Assembly (NCBI GenBank): GCA_030390025.1
Contig: CM059431.1
Coordinates: 122,452,001-122,516,000 of the forward strand
Length of the DNA stretch: 64,000 nucleotides
Direction of reading: 5' to 3'
DNA from: Squalus acanthias
Taxonomy: Eukaryota
Shown: piece by piece, positions 48,823-61,274 of the stretch
Numbering within the stretch: position 1 is the first letter of the stretch
How the letters are laid out: each line of letters opens with the position of its first letter
Position numbers and translations under genes: made by a program
Notes under the pieces: generated by a model
Database searches by the model: none
The model's input: only the letters and a program-made list of their open reading frames with translations
Told to the model about the DNA's origin: nothing

Positions 48823-49605
48823 TGTTTGATTCTCAAAATTGTAATAAAACCGCTGCTACCGTGTGGCGATTGAAGTTCAGAATGAATTGTGAAATGGTTA
48901 CAGACGGATTCAAAATGTAGGAAATCAGCATGTGAAGACACAAAATGGAGGAAGTCAGCAGGGGGTCCTTTGTCCAGTGGTCAGCATATGGTCCTTTGTT
49001 TGAAAGGCCACATGGACAGGAAGGAGGGACATGACTGACAAGGAAGTCCCGGCCCCCACACACCTCACAGGAACATGAACATGTCATGCGGAAGGAACTC
49101 CAATCAGGGAAGGTTTGGAGTGAAACTGACCTATCAGAGGGAGGCAGACAGTGATATACGAGTGGGGCAGGCAGAAAGGCCCGATAACAGAAGTAACCCA
49201 GGGGTGGGAAATTCAGAACACAGAAGGAACACAGAAGAAAGAAAGAAGACAGAAGTGGAGGAACAGACGAACAGAGAAAGCTGGCCAGTCTATGTTTCGA
49301 CCTGGACCGATTACTCAGGGATAAAGGAGTATGTATGAAAGTCGGACATAGAGCTTAGATATTGTTAAAAGGGATACTTTTATGTACTGTTGACTTGGAA
49401 TACAAATCGCTCAGAGGTAGCGTGTAAATTGCTGGGAAGTATTTTTATGTACGGGTAAATTGGGCGCATATTGATTGCGACAAACACTTGAATTTTGAAC
49501 TGTAGTGTGAATAAAGACCAATTTTATTGATCACATACTTGTTTGTCATTGTTACGCTTATTCGTAATTCTCGAACTCCGAAGCGTAGTAAGAGAAAGGT
49601 TTACA
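48823..49605 (+). mobile_element. Solo LTR, 783 bp (family B)
   Basis: TG...CA termini; CATG TSD; AATAAA ~49510; interrupts the CR1 tail. Confidence 0.85.
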
Positions 49606-50416
49606 CATGCAATGAACACTGATTCGAATACTGATTCATTGTATGTCCTCAAGAGAAAGCTGGACATTGGTTATGTCATACAAGAGTAAGATACCTTGGG
49701 GGAGAAATTCGGTATCGCCCCGTTTGGGGCGCAATTATCGGCTGGGCGCAAAGTTTAGTACCTGGCGCTAATTATCGCCTCCGACTGCAAACTTGGCCTC
49801 TATCGCCCCTGGAGGTGATTGGAGCGCTAAATCAGGCGCTACACACCTCTCTTAAGGCTCTAACGCCAAGCAGCGAAGCGTTACCTCAGAGCGCTGGCGA
49901 AGCTCAGGTGATGTCAGTTAGCAATGGAACACAGACAGATTAGCGCCAGCCAGTTCTTAAAGGCGAGGGTCGATCTTGCTGTCCAGCCACACCCTATTCA
50001 TTGCAGCCTTGCATCTCGGCCTGGAGAGACCTGTACATCAATTCTGCTAGAACCACCAATGGAGAGGCCCAGGGAGCGAGCTCGGCGCTTCAGCGACCGG
50101 GCCTTGGTGGCTCTGGTTGGCGCTGTGGAGGGGCGATGGGCACTGCTCTATCCACAGAGTGGCAGGAGGCCATTGCCCCGTGAATACAGAAGAGTCTGGA
50201 GGGAGGTGGCTCAGCACGTCTCCTCGAGGAGCCTGGTGCCCAGGACACACACCCAATGTGGGAAGAAGTTCAACGACCTCTCTCAATACCTCTACATCCC
50301 TGCATCTCAACTTCACTCTGTGCCCAGAGGGTTTGAAAACCCCAAATGCCCAACACTCATCCAAGACCTATGGCCATCTCATAAAACACACACGCACATT
50401 CCACACCTCGCATGCA

Positions 50417-50525
50417 TTAAGGACTATTCAACTATGGGAGGCACATCAGGCAAGCACAAGGCTGCATACATTAAGGGCTATTCAACTATGGGAGGCACAT
50501 CAGGCAAGCACTTGGCTGTATATTT
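50417..50525 (+). repeat. 54-bp unit x2 in Myb intron 1 of H10
   Basis: Homologous to the x3 array in H9. Confidence 0.9.
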
Positions 50526-51161
50526 ACTCAGACACCGTCCTTTTTCTTGCAGGCCAAGCTATCTCATAATAGGCGCCAGCAGCAATGCACGGGAGGGGGA
50601 CCGGCTGACCTACACACCCTCAGCGATTTGGAGGCGCATGCACAGGATCGTTGCCAGCCAGGTGATAGGTGCCGTGGCCGCTGGAGAGGTCGACCCCCTT
50701 GGGAACAGCAATAGTAAGTTCATCAGCTTTCTCTCCTCTCTCATTCCACTTGCCCCTCACAACACCAGCCTTTTACACTTTCAATCCAACTTACTAAATG
50801 TCTCCAGTCCTTGCTCCCTTACTGCCACCCTGTCCTGATGCTAAAGCCACTCTTGTACCTCCCTGCTTTCAGATAGTGAACCACCAGCTGACCAGCCTGT
50901 CCCTCAACCAACCAGTGGCAGCAATGCCCCAGGCGAGTTGGAAGAGGAAGCCAGAGCCTCAGCGCCTGCATCTCCCGAGGCAGCCCATGCCCACACTGGG
51001 ACCATGCCTTCCCTGGAGGGGAGCAGGGGGCTAGGGTCTGATGAGGACGAAGCTCCGGGACCCAGCGGGCTGCAGCAACGCCATGGGGGTAGGGAAGCTC
51101 GGGGGCCATCTCCCCGGAGGATGAGTAGGCAAGTGAGTCCTGCTGCACTGGACTCAGAGGA

Positions 51162-51592
51162 AACATAGAAACATAGAAACATAGAAACTAGGAGCAGGAG
51201 TAGGCCATTCGGCCCGTCGAGCCTGCTCCACCATTCAATACGATCATGGCTGATCATTCAAATCCAGTACCCTGTCCCTGCTTTAATCCCCACAGTACAC
51301 ATATCCCACCCTAGCCCCGTAACCCCACCTATTTAATTCCCCCTAACATATCCCATCCTATCCCCATAACCCCACATATTTAATCCCCCCCCCCTAACAC
51401 TAAGGGTCAATTTATCATAGCCAAATCAACCTAACCCGCACATTTTTGGACTGTGGGAGGAAACCGGAGCACCCGGAGGAAACCCACGCAGACACGGGGA
51501 GAATGTGCAACTCCACACAGACAGTCACCCGAGGTCAGATTCGAACCCGGGTCTCTGGCGCTGTGAGGCACCAGTGCTAACCACTATGCCAC
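51162..51592 (-). mobile_element. V-SINE joined to a different CR1-type 3' end with a (TTTCTATG)n tail
   Basis: 51285-51592 matches the 43079 SINE; 51162-51284 is a distinct LINE tail. Confidence 0.85.
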
Positions 51593-52519
51593 CGAGCGCG
51601 TCATCGTGGCCATGAATAGCCAGGCCTTGAGCATGCACACTGAGTTCATGGGTGCAATGGCAAGGGTGCCCAAAAGCATTGATGGACTGGCTAGGAGTGT
51701 GGAGCTCTCCGCTGCAGCACAGGCCGATGCAACGCAACGGCTTAGTGCTGTAATTCAGTCACTGGCTGCTGCCATCCAGTCTCAGACTGCTCTCATGCAG
51801 TCTCAGATTGATGTCACGCAAGCACTGACTGCTGCCATCGTCGCTGGGTTGGCCACATTGCCCCGGGACTCTCACGGTGCTGCAGCAGGCCAGCAATCCT
51901 CTCTCAGGATGACAGCATTCCTGCTCCCACCACTGGCACTTCCCCATTGCACTTGCCACCGCCTGCAACACAGAGAGTCCAGACTGCTGCCGCCCATGCA
52001 GAGGTGGTGCAGTCTGCAGCCGGGGCCTCCAGGCCCAGAGCTGGTTGAGGGCGTCCTTCAAGGGCATCTGTAGTCTCAGCATCTGACATTCAGCAGCCTT
52101 CCACCAGCCTTGCTGCAGCCACTTTGGCTCCATTACGGAGGAGCAGTAGGGTGGGAAGGGGGGAAGTGCGCAGGGGATGGAGATCACCCTAGAAGGGCAA
52201 ACAGTAGGAGGTCTAAATAAATGGTGGGAATGTTTGTAGTAAAGTTTGAGGTTTGTGTGATTACATTTTTTTACTGTTTTGCCGTTTACCTCCATCTTGT
52301 GAGAACCAGTTCTGTTAATTCATGATTTGTTGTGTTTGTTTCTAATTGTTTGTCCTGAATAAATGACACACACAGAGTTTGTAAAAGAAAAAAGTTGTTG
52401 TATTCAAAATTTACATTTTTGGCCTTTGGAATCATTCCAGCTTTGGCCGGCAATAGGGGGTGCAGGTTGCTTTCCATAATGTTGTTCTCCATGCCAGAAG
52501 CCATCTTCTGAGTAGGGGC

Positions 52520-53660
52520 CTAGAAGCGGCTTGTTATCAGCCGTTGACGGACGGCCCTTGCAGTGGCAACATTGTGCACCTCCCTCCCGCCTTGGTGCTG
52601 CTGCTGATCATCCTCCTCCTCCTCCTCCTCCTCAGGTGGTGCACCAATCCCTGGTGTCATTGGCTGGGTCCTCAGGATTGCCAGGTTGTGAAGCATGCAG
52701 CACACAACTATGAAGAGGGAGACTTGCTCAGGAGAGTACAGCAGGGCTCCTCCTGAGTGGTCCAGACAGCGGAACCGTTGCTTGAGCACGCCGATCGTCT
52801 GCTCAATTATGTTCCTGGTGGCGATATGGCTCTCATTATACTGCAGCTCGGCAGGAGTGTTTGGATTACGGAGCGGTGTCATCAGCCAGGTGCAGAGTGG
52901 ATAACCCTTGTCCTCGAGGAGCCATCCACTTGGGTGATGCGGTGCCTGGAAAAGGTCTGGCACACCAGTCTGGCGCAGGATGAAAGCATCATGGCTGCTG
53001 CCAGGATAGCGGGCATTGACGGCGAGTATGAGCTGTCTGTGGTCACAGACCAACTGCATATTTAAGGAGTGGTAGCCCTTGCGGTTTCAGAATACCTCTG
53101 CATTTTCATGCGGAGCCCGCAATGCCACATGCATGCTGTCAATGGCGCCCTGCACCATGGGGAAGCCCACTATCCTAGCAAAGCCACATGCGCATTCATG
53201 CTGTTGGCCCGGGTCATGGGGAATGAGATGTACTGGCGTCTCCTTTTATACAGGGCATTTGTGACCTGATGGATACAGCAATGGACCGCAAACTGGGAGA
53301 TATTCGCGATGTCCCCAGTAGATGATTGAAAGGAGCCACTGGCATAAAAATTCAGAGCCACTCTGCCACCGACAGAGACGTCCTGGTCCTCAGTTGAGGC
53401 TGCAGATCTGGTTGCAGCAGGTGGCAAAGCTCAGTGACCACCTCCTTGCTGAAGTGCAGCCTATGCAAACACTGCTCCTCAGACAAATGAATGTAGGAGA
53501 ATTGCTCCCAGAATACCCTGGCAGGGTAAGGTCTCCATTGCAGAGGCATGTTGGCCCTCCTCCCTCTGGCCATGTTTGCTACTCTCTCTCTGCGTCTCTG
53601 ATGCTTTTGATTCTGCAGGTGCAGGACGACGCCCCGAATCAGTGCAGCCCCCAAGTCTCT
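52520..53660 (-). pseudogene. Harbinger transposase of H10
   Basis: Colinear with the H9 transposase but frameshifted; GDKGY>EDKGY. Confidence 0.92.
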
Positions 53661-54650
53661 TCTAAATCGATACAAGGAAGGTCAAATCAAAATGAACCTG
53701 AAAAGTGCTGCTCAGTACCCAAAACTCCTTCACACAGCGTTGAATCTCTGCAGAAGTCTCTCTCTCTCTCTCAGAATGCGTGGTGCAAAAATGTCGCCGA
53801 CAAAAAAAGGCAGGAAGCGGCCGCCTTTAAATAACGCTCCCCGAGCCCCTTCCCGATTGATAAACGTTCCCCTCTACCTGTTGTTGCTAGCGGCAGGCGG
53901 AAATACAGGGGGCACCACTCAATATCCGGTATTGGGCGCTACCGGAGCGTTGCACGCTTGACTGATGTCATGATATGCGGGCGCAGGAGATCGTGGCGGT
54001 ATTGTTTAGCGCCGCCGCAAAATGTCTGGTCAATTTCTTGAGTGGCGCAAACATCGCCGCGCTCGGGCGCTAGTTGCTTTGCACCCTTAGGGCGCTAACG
54101 GGAGGCGCTAATCAACCGAATTTTTCCCCCCTTGTAATATAAATCAGGTTCAATGTGATCTCCTTGACTAGTTTAGATCGCCTAAAAAGGATGAAGAGAA
54201 ATTTTCCAGATGTTTTCCCTTTAATTGGCCTGGGTTTTTATTTGTTTTTTCATCTCTCTTCAATGGCTGCACGTGGGTGCGGAATGTCTGTATCGTGATG
54301 CATAAGGTATCACGACTGTATGGGACAGGCGAGAAGGACTTGCTGGTCTTTTCCTGGCCAACATTTTTGATTATTTGTATGTTCGCATGGAACTATTCAT
54401 GCATAATGAATGAGTAGTGCAGGCATTAGTGGTAAAAGCAACGGTATTAATCAGGCTCAAAAAGATTAACTACTTTCATAAAGACCTTTCATGTTACATG
54501 ATGTTACCACAAACTTAGCTCTCTCATGCTATATCCTGGCTGTCTTATCACCAGAAGCAGAGAGTAGTCCTCCTTCTAGTAAGACTCTCCACCGTTCTTT
54601 CAATGAACCCCAGCATTTAGTTGGTGGCAACTACAAGGAAGAATCATTTT

Positions 54651-55118
54651 GGCCTAGAAATCGCTGCGTCTGAATGATGAAGCCCAAGGCGTACCCATTA
54701 TTGGGCCTCGGGCCTCATTCCCATCGAGCCGGCGAGCTGTGGCTAGTAACTGGCAGCTTGCCAGTGAAATGGGATTGTTGATTGGGCTGCTGCATATCCA
54801 GTGGTTGCTGGGGAGGAAGTATTGACAGCAATTGGGCGGTGGAGGTAGCAATGGTGATCGGGGAGTGGTTAGTTGGAAGTGGCCCACGTTCTTTGAATGT
54901 GGAGTCGGGAGGAGCACTCCCTGCTCCGCATTCAGCTAAGTATACTTTAGAATCTTACCGGCTGCCTCAGGGCAAATCAACCTTGTGGTGGAGTCCTCAA
55001 ACTGGCATTAGCCATCTTATTTGCATATATAAAGGAGCTAACGCCTTTTTCACATTGGAGGCTTAAGAGGCCAATTACCACCTGGAAAACGAGCGCTGCA
55101 CAGCTAAATTTCTAGGCC
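54651..55118. mobile_element. Harbinger-type MITE
   Basis: TIRs GGCCTAGAAAT / ATTTCTAGGCC; TSD not matching. Confidence 0.65.
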
Positions 55119-56218
55119 ATCCTCTGTGCAGTATTTCTATTTAGACACATGATAAATCAGCGGCAGGAGGAGAGAGAAAAATAGTAACAAGTTGAAATCA
55201 GTCTGCATTTTAAATTTTTTCGAATGAATTAATTCACAGCGCTCAAATGCATCTCATTACAATGTCATCCATGGATACATATGCACAGTCCTCCAAAGCA
55301 TTAAAACCTGAATTAGCATATGATACCAATGATTACTATAAAAAATTAAGATGATTAAATTGTTGGATTTGATTCCAGATGGATATACATTTTTTGATAA
55401 TGCCATTGCAATGAGCCAACATTGGAGCCCTGGGATGTAATTCATTCAGAAAAATTTAAATTTGTGTCACTGGTAATGACACACTAATTAGGACAGGTAA
55501 GGCAGGTATTCAGGCATGTAAAATGTACTGAAGACTTGTCTGAAGCTTTAGCCCCGTTTGAATATGTCATCCACCAAGCTGTTGCTGGTATTTATAAAGT
55601 TATCACCTTGACCAAACAGTTCCTTTTGCATCCAATTAACTTGAACATGACTCTCCTTGTCTCAATCAGCATTTATTTATTCTGTCTCATATATAGATGG
55701 AGTGAAGCTTGAATCACGGCTTCTACACTATGGCAACCAATGTGCCTTAGGATCTGATAGCTGCCACTAGACCAGGCATGCCACTGATCATTGGGGCCAC
55801 AGATCTAGGGCCCAGTGGAATGGCAACAGCTGGAGTCCATGTGACTGATACTGCTGTTTCTCAGGACAGCAGCACATGCCAGTCTTCCGGCCTTCCCCCT
55901 CAGAGCTCCACACCAGTGGAACATGAGGGGCAAGACCAGACTGCCTAGAACCACCCAGAGATACATCCACCAGCGGCTCCACGGCAGGAGCCAGCAGCCA
56001 TGAGAAGAGGACCACCTCAGTCCCATGACTCTTCTGTACAGCATGAGGAGCCAATTACTTCCTGTGATCCAGGATCTGAGTTGGCACAAAGAGCACTAGA
56101 ATAGGTGTTCGAAAAATATGTGTAGGTACCCAGGAGAAGCACAGTGTTAGGAAAGAGTAGTCTGCAATTATTGTATTAAAACAGATCATGCACACATGTG
56201 GCACTTTGTCATGTGTGT

Positions 56219-56234
56219 CAGCCGAGGCACAGTT

Positions 56235-56265
<31 letters not shown>

Positions 56266-56680
56266 GTGGGTTCAAGTCCTACTCCAGTGACTTGAGCACA
56301 AAAATCTAGGCTGACACTTCAGTGCAGTACTGAGGGAATGCTGTCAGAGATGTCGTCTTTCGGATGAGACGTTAAACCGAGGCCCCGTCAGCTCTCTCAG
56401 GTGGACGTAAAATATACCATGGCACTATTTCGAAGAAGAGCAGGGGAGTTATCCCCGGTGTCCTGGCCAATATTTATCCCTTAATCAACATCACTAAAAA
56501 CAGAGTATCTGGTTATCATTGCTGTTTGTGGGAGCTTGCTGTGCGCAAATTGGCTGCCGCGTTTCCTACATTATCACAGTGACTACACCTCAAAAGTACT
56601 TCATTGGCTGTAAAGCACTTTGGGATGTCCGGTGTTCGTGCAAGGCGCTATATAAATGCAAGTCTTCTTTCTTCTTTCTT
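56219..56680 (+). mobile_element. Deu-domain tRNA SINE (SacSINE1-like)
   Basis: tRNA head with B box ggttcaagtcc; core gatgagacgttaaaccgaggcccc; tail aggcgctatataaatgcaagtc(ttc)n. Confidence 0.85.
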
Positions 56681-57571
56681 TTTATTCATGGAGATTACAG
56701 TCATGCAGGAGAGGTGCACCATTTGATTGATGGAATGTCTCTTTATTTACAAGTCGAGCAGAAGGTCAGGCTGTGGTGCGTAAGCTAGACTGAATTAGAC
56801 AGAAGAGAAGACTTCCGAGAGGATCTGTCCTCTGAGGCACTTTGCAACAGTCAGTGAGGACTCCTTGAGTGCACATCATTCTGATGGTCTGCCCCATGTG
56901 GTTGTGAATCCACCGAAGCCATGTAAAATTGCAGCCCTTCCTGAATGGCAATGTTGTGAAGGGCACAGCAAATTTCATTATACTGGACATCTGTACCGGA
57001 GCATATTGCTGATCCGATCCCCTCCCAACCCGTCCAGGCAGCACAAGTGCATTTTCAACACCATCTATGGATCTGATTGTCTTCCCTGAGGGGGTCAGGT
57101 GTGGCAAAGGCCAAAGGCATCATGGTAACTTCCTGTCTATTGGGCATTGATATGGAGGATCTTCTCATTGTTGTCACACACTATCTGGACTTTGAGGGAA
57201 TGGAATCCCTTGTGGTTGTGGTAACTGAGTGGGTGTTCTGTGGGCACTATCAATGCAATTTGGGTGCCAACAATTGGATCCTGGACCCTGGGTAAACCAG
57301 AAATCCCATTAAGCTGTATGGCCCTATCTCTGTGCTACCTTTCCGTGATACTAAAACTTATAAATTGGGCAGGTCTGTTGAAAAGGACGTCAGTGACCTG
57401 ATGTACTTCTCCCTGGCTGATCTTGCAGAAATACCCCGTGGGTCCCTGAAATGACCCTGTGCTGTAGAAGTTGAGGGCAGTGGTCACCTTCAGAGCCACT
57501 GAGAGAACAGTGCAGGCAGATGAGAGCAGATAAGGTTAAGGGGAGATTTAATGGAGGTGTTCAAAATTTAA

Positions 57572-57772
57572 TGTGAGAAGTCGCACAACACCAGGTTATA
57601 GTCCAACAGCTTTATTTGAAATCACAAGCTTTCGGAGCGCTGCTCCTTCACCTGACGAAGGAGCAGCGCTCCAAAAGCTTCTGATTTCAAATAAAGCTGT
57701 TGGACTATAACCTGGTGTTGTGCGACTTCTCACATTTGTCCACCCCAGTCCAACACCGGCATCTCCACATCA
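57572..57772. mobile_element. Penelope-like inverted repeat with a degenerate hammerhead
   Basis: ~80-bp inverted arms; TSD TGTTCAAAATTTAA; CTGACGA-A-GGAGC-agc-GCTCC-(G>A)AAA. Confidence 0.85.
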
Positions 57773-57897
57773 TGTTCAAAATTTAAAGGTTTTTGATGGA
57801 ATAAATAAGGAGAAACTGTTTTCAATGGCAGGATGGTCTATAACCAGAGGACAAAGATTTACGGTAATTGCCAAAAAGGATCAGAGTAGGTGATGAG

Positions 57898-58039
57898 CAA
57901 CGTTCCCTACAAGCTGCGCTCTGCTGGTCCTGCGCAGCCCGAGACCGGCTTTTCATACGCTAAAGCTTGTGCACCTGTGAATGGGCCGCGCAGCCCCTTA
58001 AAGGGACCATGCACCCAAAAAAAATTACAGGGAACATTG
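57898..58039. mobile_element. hAT MITE, 142 bp
   Basis: Perfect 8-bp TSD GTGATGAG; TIRs CAACGTTCCC / GGGAACATTG. Confidence 0.9.
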
Positions 58040-59228
58040 GTGATGAGGAGACATTTTTTTAAGCAGAGAGTTGTTATGATCTGGAATGCACTATCTGAAA
58101 GGGTGGTGGAAGCAGATTCAATAGTAACTTTTAAAAAGGAACTGGATAAATACTTGATAAAGGAAAAATTTGCAGGGCTATGAGGAAGAGCAGGGGAGCG
58201 GGACTAACAAAATAACTCTTTCAAACAGTCAGCACAGACACGATGCACTGAATACCCTCCATCTCTGCTGTATGATTCGATGATTCTAACAGCCAGTGTG
58301 TCCTCAAATCCCAAGATGCTTGTGAGTAGCATGGCACTCAATGTAAGTATATGTTATGACTCAAAGCGCTCTAGTGTAAAGTTCCCTCCAGATTCACCAT
58401 ACAGACCATTGCTTTCTCCACCATCTGTGAAAAGAGTTGATGGTGCATTTATGAGCGCATAAACACAATTGCACAAACCCCCAAAACTTCTGAAAATACA
58501 AAGCTATAAAACTTGTACACAGTGTTTGGAGCAAAACTGTTACCTATCTGCAAATCAGGAAAATATAAGTTTTATATGTATCAGCTGATTTGCATTCCTA
58601 ACATCTCAAGTTCCCTGCCTTCTTATGTCTCCATTGCCAAGACAGGGCAACGTCCTCAAGCTTTTATGTACAGAGGAACTTCTCCAGTGACAGCCTTGCC
58701 CCTCAGGTTGTAAGTCAGTTTTTTTCCTGGAAAAATGACATGAGTCGGCATTAGCACAGCATTAGTTCTGCAACACCTAAGTAACACTGCGTTAGTTTCT
58801 CTGCACTATCATGGCACGTTCATTGCAAATACCATGGGATACCTCTGTTTGAAACCTTTACCTTCCATAGGGCATCTTTGCTCAATCACTTATGTATAAA
58901 AACAACAGTATCATTTCTATTCTCTAACTTTTAAATGCCTTAAGCTGTCATATTCAGCAGGCAGCATTTGCAATTCCATCTTTACACTGTCTTTATAGAT
59001 TGCCTCAAGTCGTGAAACATTTTTTTAAATTTCCTTTCGAGGCCTTGCCATTTCTAAGCTGCAAATGACATACTGCAATCCATAGTCAAACTAATGCTGC
59101 TTGGTTAGTGGATCACTCCTTCTCCCAAAAAGGTCATCCTGTTCATCAGCTTTGTTGTTAATAAGGATACTCAGGTCGTGGTCTGAAAAGAGAGGGCCTA
59201 TGACCAATGTGCTTAACCATTCATAACA

Positions 59229-59585
59229 TAAAGAAAGACTTGCATTTACATAGCACCTTTCATGACCTTAGGACATCCCAATGTGATTTACAGTCAATGA
59301 AGCCCTTTTAGTGTAGTCACTGCTTTAATGTAGGAAACGCGGCAGCCAATTATCACATAGCAAGCTCCCACAAACAGCAATGAAATAAATGACCAGATTA
59401 TCTCTTTTAGTTGTTGGTTGAGATTGAGGCACTCCCTATCTAACAGCATTGTGGGAGCACCTTCACCACAAGGACTACAGCAGTTCAAGAAGAAGGTCCA
59501 GCATCAGGTTCTCTGAACAACTAGGGATGGGCAATAAATGTTCGCTTTTCCAGTGATGCCCACATCCCGAGAATAAATAAAATAA
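59229..59585. mobile_element. Deu-SINE 3' part (-, to ~59425) abutting a short LINE tail (+) of the 10985 family
   Basis: Similar to 56480-56670 and 11490-11640. Confidence 0.75.
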
Positions 59586-59589
59586 ACTC

Positions 59590-61080
59590 ATATATTCACA
59601 AAATTCCCCTGCCCTGCTTTCCTTCACTCTCCTACAATCACTGCAACACAGTTCACCACACCACCTTCTCATACTCACACACTCACCACTATTACACACT
59701 CATTTACCCACAACTCACACCTCACACACTGACGATCAGCTATTCGACCATGAAAAGCACATTCTCCAAACACCTCAGAAGACTCTCACTAAATCACTCT
59801 TTTTTTTCCTGCAGGCGAAGGTTGAACTCAACTCCAGACAGCAGGCTGGCACCAGAGGAGAAAGAACCCACCTGCACACCCTCTTCCCCTCAGACCCTGA
59901 CGAAAGCGTGCTTGCTATCGTGGGTAGCGTCAAGGCTGTGGCAACTGGCATCACTGGAGGTGACATCACACAGAGTTTCTTCATATTTGATCCTCTTTGT
60001 CTCTTCTGACTTCTAGCTCACCCCACACACTCTGCATGACAAGCTGCAGATGCTTTCACCACCTACTTCTCTCTCTCTACGCTCCCTTTATTCCAAAAGC
60101 TAACTCTTGTCTCTTTCTTTAACTTAAGATGTTGAGAATGTGGAAGTCCCTGTGCCAGTGTAGGAAGAGGAGGCAAGCCTTCAGGAAGATACATGGTCAT
60201 TCGATCTGACTCTCACAAACACCAGCTCAGATACTGGCACCACGGGTAATTTAGAGGTTAGATGTATCTACGTGTGATGACTCACCAGGCACAAGTTTGC
60301 AGGAGCTAGGGCAGGGCGATAGGACTTCACAGATGCCAGCTCACTGGAGGGCGAGGTCCCATATTAATTCTGCTAAAATGGACTCAGCTACTGACATCGA
60401 GGGCCCAGGTGACCGAAGAAGGCTAATGGGCATCTACCAGAAAATGCAAGATGCACAAGGCAGCCTGTCAAAGAACTTGCACACAATGTTGCAGTGCATG
60501 GAGGAGTCCAGCTCCAACTTGTCTCAAGGCTTCATGCAGGGCATGGAGACCATATGTCCAACATGGACCAACATGGTCAGCTCCATCAGCCAACACAGTG
60601 CCACCCACCATGATGGAGCCTCTACTGACATCTCTGACAGCTGCCAAGGAAGCCCAGATGGGTGCTATGGCAGCTCACACTCCTGCCATGCAATCTCAAA
60701 TGGCTGCCATCATGGCTCTGGAGGTCAATGCCTTCAAAGCATCACAGTAGTCCTGCACTCTACTCTTGCACAAAGCTGCAGGAGTGTTGAGGCACTGTCC
60801 CAGGAGAGGGGCCTTGGCTCCATGGGACAGAATCTGCCATCATATATCAGCATGCTTGCTCTCCCACCAGCCACTCTACCAGTGCCCTTGTTAGTGCCAC
60901 ACAGCCAGCTGCACCAGACTGCTCCAGCCCTGTGCCGAGAGCATCTCATGAACCCTTGATTGGGCCATAGCAACCATTCACCTCCAATGCTGAAGCCACA
61001 AGGGGAAGCATCTTGTGAGACCACTAGAGGAGGTAAGAGAACACTTAAGACAGGGCTCTCACAAGTATGATAATTAGTGT
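59590..61080 (+). pseudogene. Harbinger Myb-like gene remnant H12 (intron 1, exons 2-3)
   Basis: Acceptor ttttcctgcag ~59814; TSSDTGT; RRRLMGIYQKM..MEESSSNLSQGF. Confidence 0.75.
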
Positions 61081-61274
61081 GTAGGCATTTGTGTAAGCCA
61101 GTAAAATTATAAACCTTCGCCTGGTTAACACCTCGTAAACAGCCTGCATATTTAATTTGTCTAACTAACTCTGTAATTTCAGAACTACTTACTTAGATTT
61201 GATTACCATTCCTCCCAACCCCCCTACATTTTGGTATCATCAGCAAATTTGACCAATAACATTGGAGTTTCTGA

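Larger units (their letters stand above)
50059..52207 (+). pseudogene. Myb-like gene of H10
   Basis: Exon-1 donor deleted (…aacgacctc|tctcaatac); SINE in exon 3; internal deletion; stops. Confidence 0.88.
49698..54130. mobile_element. Full-length decayed Harbinger H10, sister of H9, same orientation
   Basis: CTT TSD; TIRs GGGGGAGAAATTC / GAATTTTTCCCCC; colinear with H9. Confidence 0.93.
43555..54390 (+). mobile_element. Old CR1 LINE 3' part, stretched by nested insertions
   Basis: RT motifs at 43555-44371 (DFQKAFDKVPH, GVQQGLVLGP); resumes at 48575, 49606 and 54131 (LKH|LRYSDRL across the first junction). Confidence 0.85.
57525..58285 (+). mobile_element. CR1 3' fragment with nested insertions
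   Basis: RLRGDLMEVFK and HFFKQRVVMIWNAL..FKKELDKYL; tatgattc tail. Confidence 0.88.
55740..58460. pseudogene. Old Harbinger H11: Myb C-terminus (+, ~55740-56140) and transposase (-, ~56680-57520, 58290-58460)
   Basis: VALKVTTALNFYSTGSFQG at ~57450-57500 (-); heavily degraded. Confidence 0.65.

Noticed and set aside
44367..54134. 5-bp TSD (CCTTA, CCTTG, CGATG) for these Harbingers
   Set aside because: The ambiguity arises from C/G next to G-rich TIRs. Elements with known empty sites (20440, 29729) fit 3 bp, with the terminal G/C supplied by the element.
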